From: a virus
Taxonomy: Duplodnaviria; Caudoviricetes
Direction: 5' to 3' (one strand)
Length of the DNA stretch: 60,056 nucleotides
IMG/VR virus record: IMGVR_UViG_3300033156_000984
Span: 1-60,056 of that record
A program made the translations under genes and the position numbers. Under the pieces are notes generated by a model, which worked only from the letters and a program-made list of their open reading frames with translations, had not been told where the DNA came from and made no database searches. Below, one piece after another: positions 59,190 through 60,056 of this stretch; position 1 is the first letter of the stretch; every line of letters begins with the position of its first letter.

Positions 59190-59471
59190 TTGATAATAAA
59201 TCTTCAATTGCCACACATGAAAGCAGGAACTTTAAGACAAATCTTTTCTCCATTTTTCCCAAAAGAAATTGATAGTATTTTGGGAACTTTTGAAGATAAG
59301 GAAACTTCGCTTAGAAAAGTCAGGATTAAAGATGGAAATCAATTTAAAGAGATGATTATAATTAAATTCAATGATCTTCGTTTCCAAGAAAAGAAAATAG
59401 AATTAGAAGGAGGTGATGTAATTTGGATCAAAAAAGATAGAATAATATTTTTAAGACATGTAGCAAATTAA
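59190..59471 (+). CDS. Hypothetical protein (start uncertain)
   Basis: Protein-like composition; no clear SD. Confidence 0.5.
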   Translation: MIINLQLPHMKAGTLRQIFSPFFPKEIDSILGTFEDKETSLRKVRIKDGNQFKEMIIIKFNDLRFQEKKIELEGGDVIWIKKDRIIFLRHVAN

Positions 59472-59491
59472 AAAAAAGAGAGGTGATTAAA

Positions 59492-59590
59492 ATGAAATTC
59501 TTAAACATCATTAAACTAATCGGCTGGACATTTATTTATTTCACTATATGTTTTATGCTTGCAACTATTATTGTTTTGTATTGGAGGTGA
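59492..59590 (+). CDS. 32-aa single-TM peptide (below the ORF track cutoff)
   Basis: SD GAGGTGA; MKFLNIIKLIGWTFIYFTICFMLATIIVLYWR. Confidence 0.6.
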   Translation: MKFLNIIKLIGWTFIYFTICFMLATIIVLYWR

Positions 59591-59595
59591 AAAAT

Positions 59596-59790
59596 GTGAA
59601 CAAAATTGAAAAAATTTGTCAGGAAATTCAGTTTTGGTTTACAATGCTGATGGTTTTGCTTGCAATTGGGTGTTTTGGAGGATTGATTTATTATACGATT
59701 TGGGATTATTTTCATACTTCTGAATTTGAATATCACATAAAACTATATGAAACAGCAGATAAATATGCAGATTTCATACTAAATAAATAG
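59596..59790 (+). CDS. Small single-TM protein
   Basis: GTG start after GGAGGTGA; TM FWFTMLMVLLAIGCFGGLIYY. Confidence 0.65.
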   Translation: MNKIEKICQEIQFWFTMLMVLLAIGCFGGLIYYTIWDYFHTSEFEYHIKLYETADKYADFILNK

Positions 59791-59820
59791 GGAGCAGATT
59801 TTCTGCTCCCTATTTTCTTT
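59785..59820 (+). terminator. Rho-independent terminator
   Basis: AAATAGGGAGCAG-ATTTT-CTGCTCCCTATTT followed by a T-rich tail. Confidence 0.8.
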
Positions 59821-59922
59821 GTCTTCATTGCGCAATTTTTTCAGAAATTATTTGCAGAGATTTGAGCATTTTTTTTGAAATTTAAGTGCCAAAAAATATT
59901 CCCAAAACGGAGGTGAAATACG

Positions 59923-60056
59923 ATGAAACAAAAAATTAAAATTCAGTTCAAAAGTCCGTATATTTTCGGTCTTCAGCCCGTATTGAGATCCTTCGCAAAA
60001 CCTAATCATTCTATTGAGAAATTTGTTGGGAAAATTATCCGCATCAATGGAGAATA
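59923..60056 (+). CDS. 5' part of the junction-spanning 80-aa gene
   Basis: GGAGGTG then ATG at 59923; continues to 223. Confidence 0.8.
   Translation, partial: MKQKIKIQFKSPYIFGLQPVLRSFAKPNHSIEKFVGKIIRINGE
59943..60056. repeat. Terminal direct repeat, copy 2
   Basis: Identical to 1-114. Confidence 0.97.

Noticed and set aside
1-60056. Alternative genetic code, inteins, tRNA genes
   Set aside because: The standard code gives dense full-length genes, TerL and the helicase show no intein motifs, and I recognised no tRNA cloverleaf.

Overview
The window looks like a complete, circularly assembled genome of an AT-rich tailed dsDNA virus (Caudoviricetes, siphovirus-like). Bases 1-114 are identical to 59943-60056, giving a unit length of 59,942 bp. 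Two arms diverge at about 56.8-57.2 kb and converge at about 21.0 kb. The + arm carries many small orphan genes, a MoxR AAA+/vWA pair and a replication module: SNF2 helicase, SSB/annealing-like protein, AEP primase-MCM-like helicase fusion and RuvC. The - arm carries a regulator, a DNA methyltransferase, terminase, portal, protease/scaffold, HK97-type capsid, neck, tail and receptor-binding genes. Sigma70-type promoters, hairpin-U terminators and a lipoprotein point to a bacterial host. I recognised no integrase, replicative polymerase, endolysin, tRNA or CRISPR array. The most unusual elements are: (i) a Pol-beta-type nucleotidyltransferase and a DNA ligase fused to two LigD phosphoesterase-like domains, placed between portal and prohead protease (candidate Ku-less, virion-linked DNA end-repair system); (ii) a duplicated small beta-rich protein + deacetylase-fold cassette in the same interval, plus a triple GT2-TPR glycosyltransferase among the neck genes; (iii) a 232-nt three-stem element upstream of the packaging genes with a Shine-Dalgarno/anti-SD loop; (iv) several long-range inverted-repeat systems in non-coding regions. 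All calls come from reading motifs by eye; no database searches were run.
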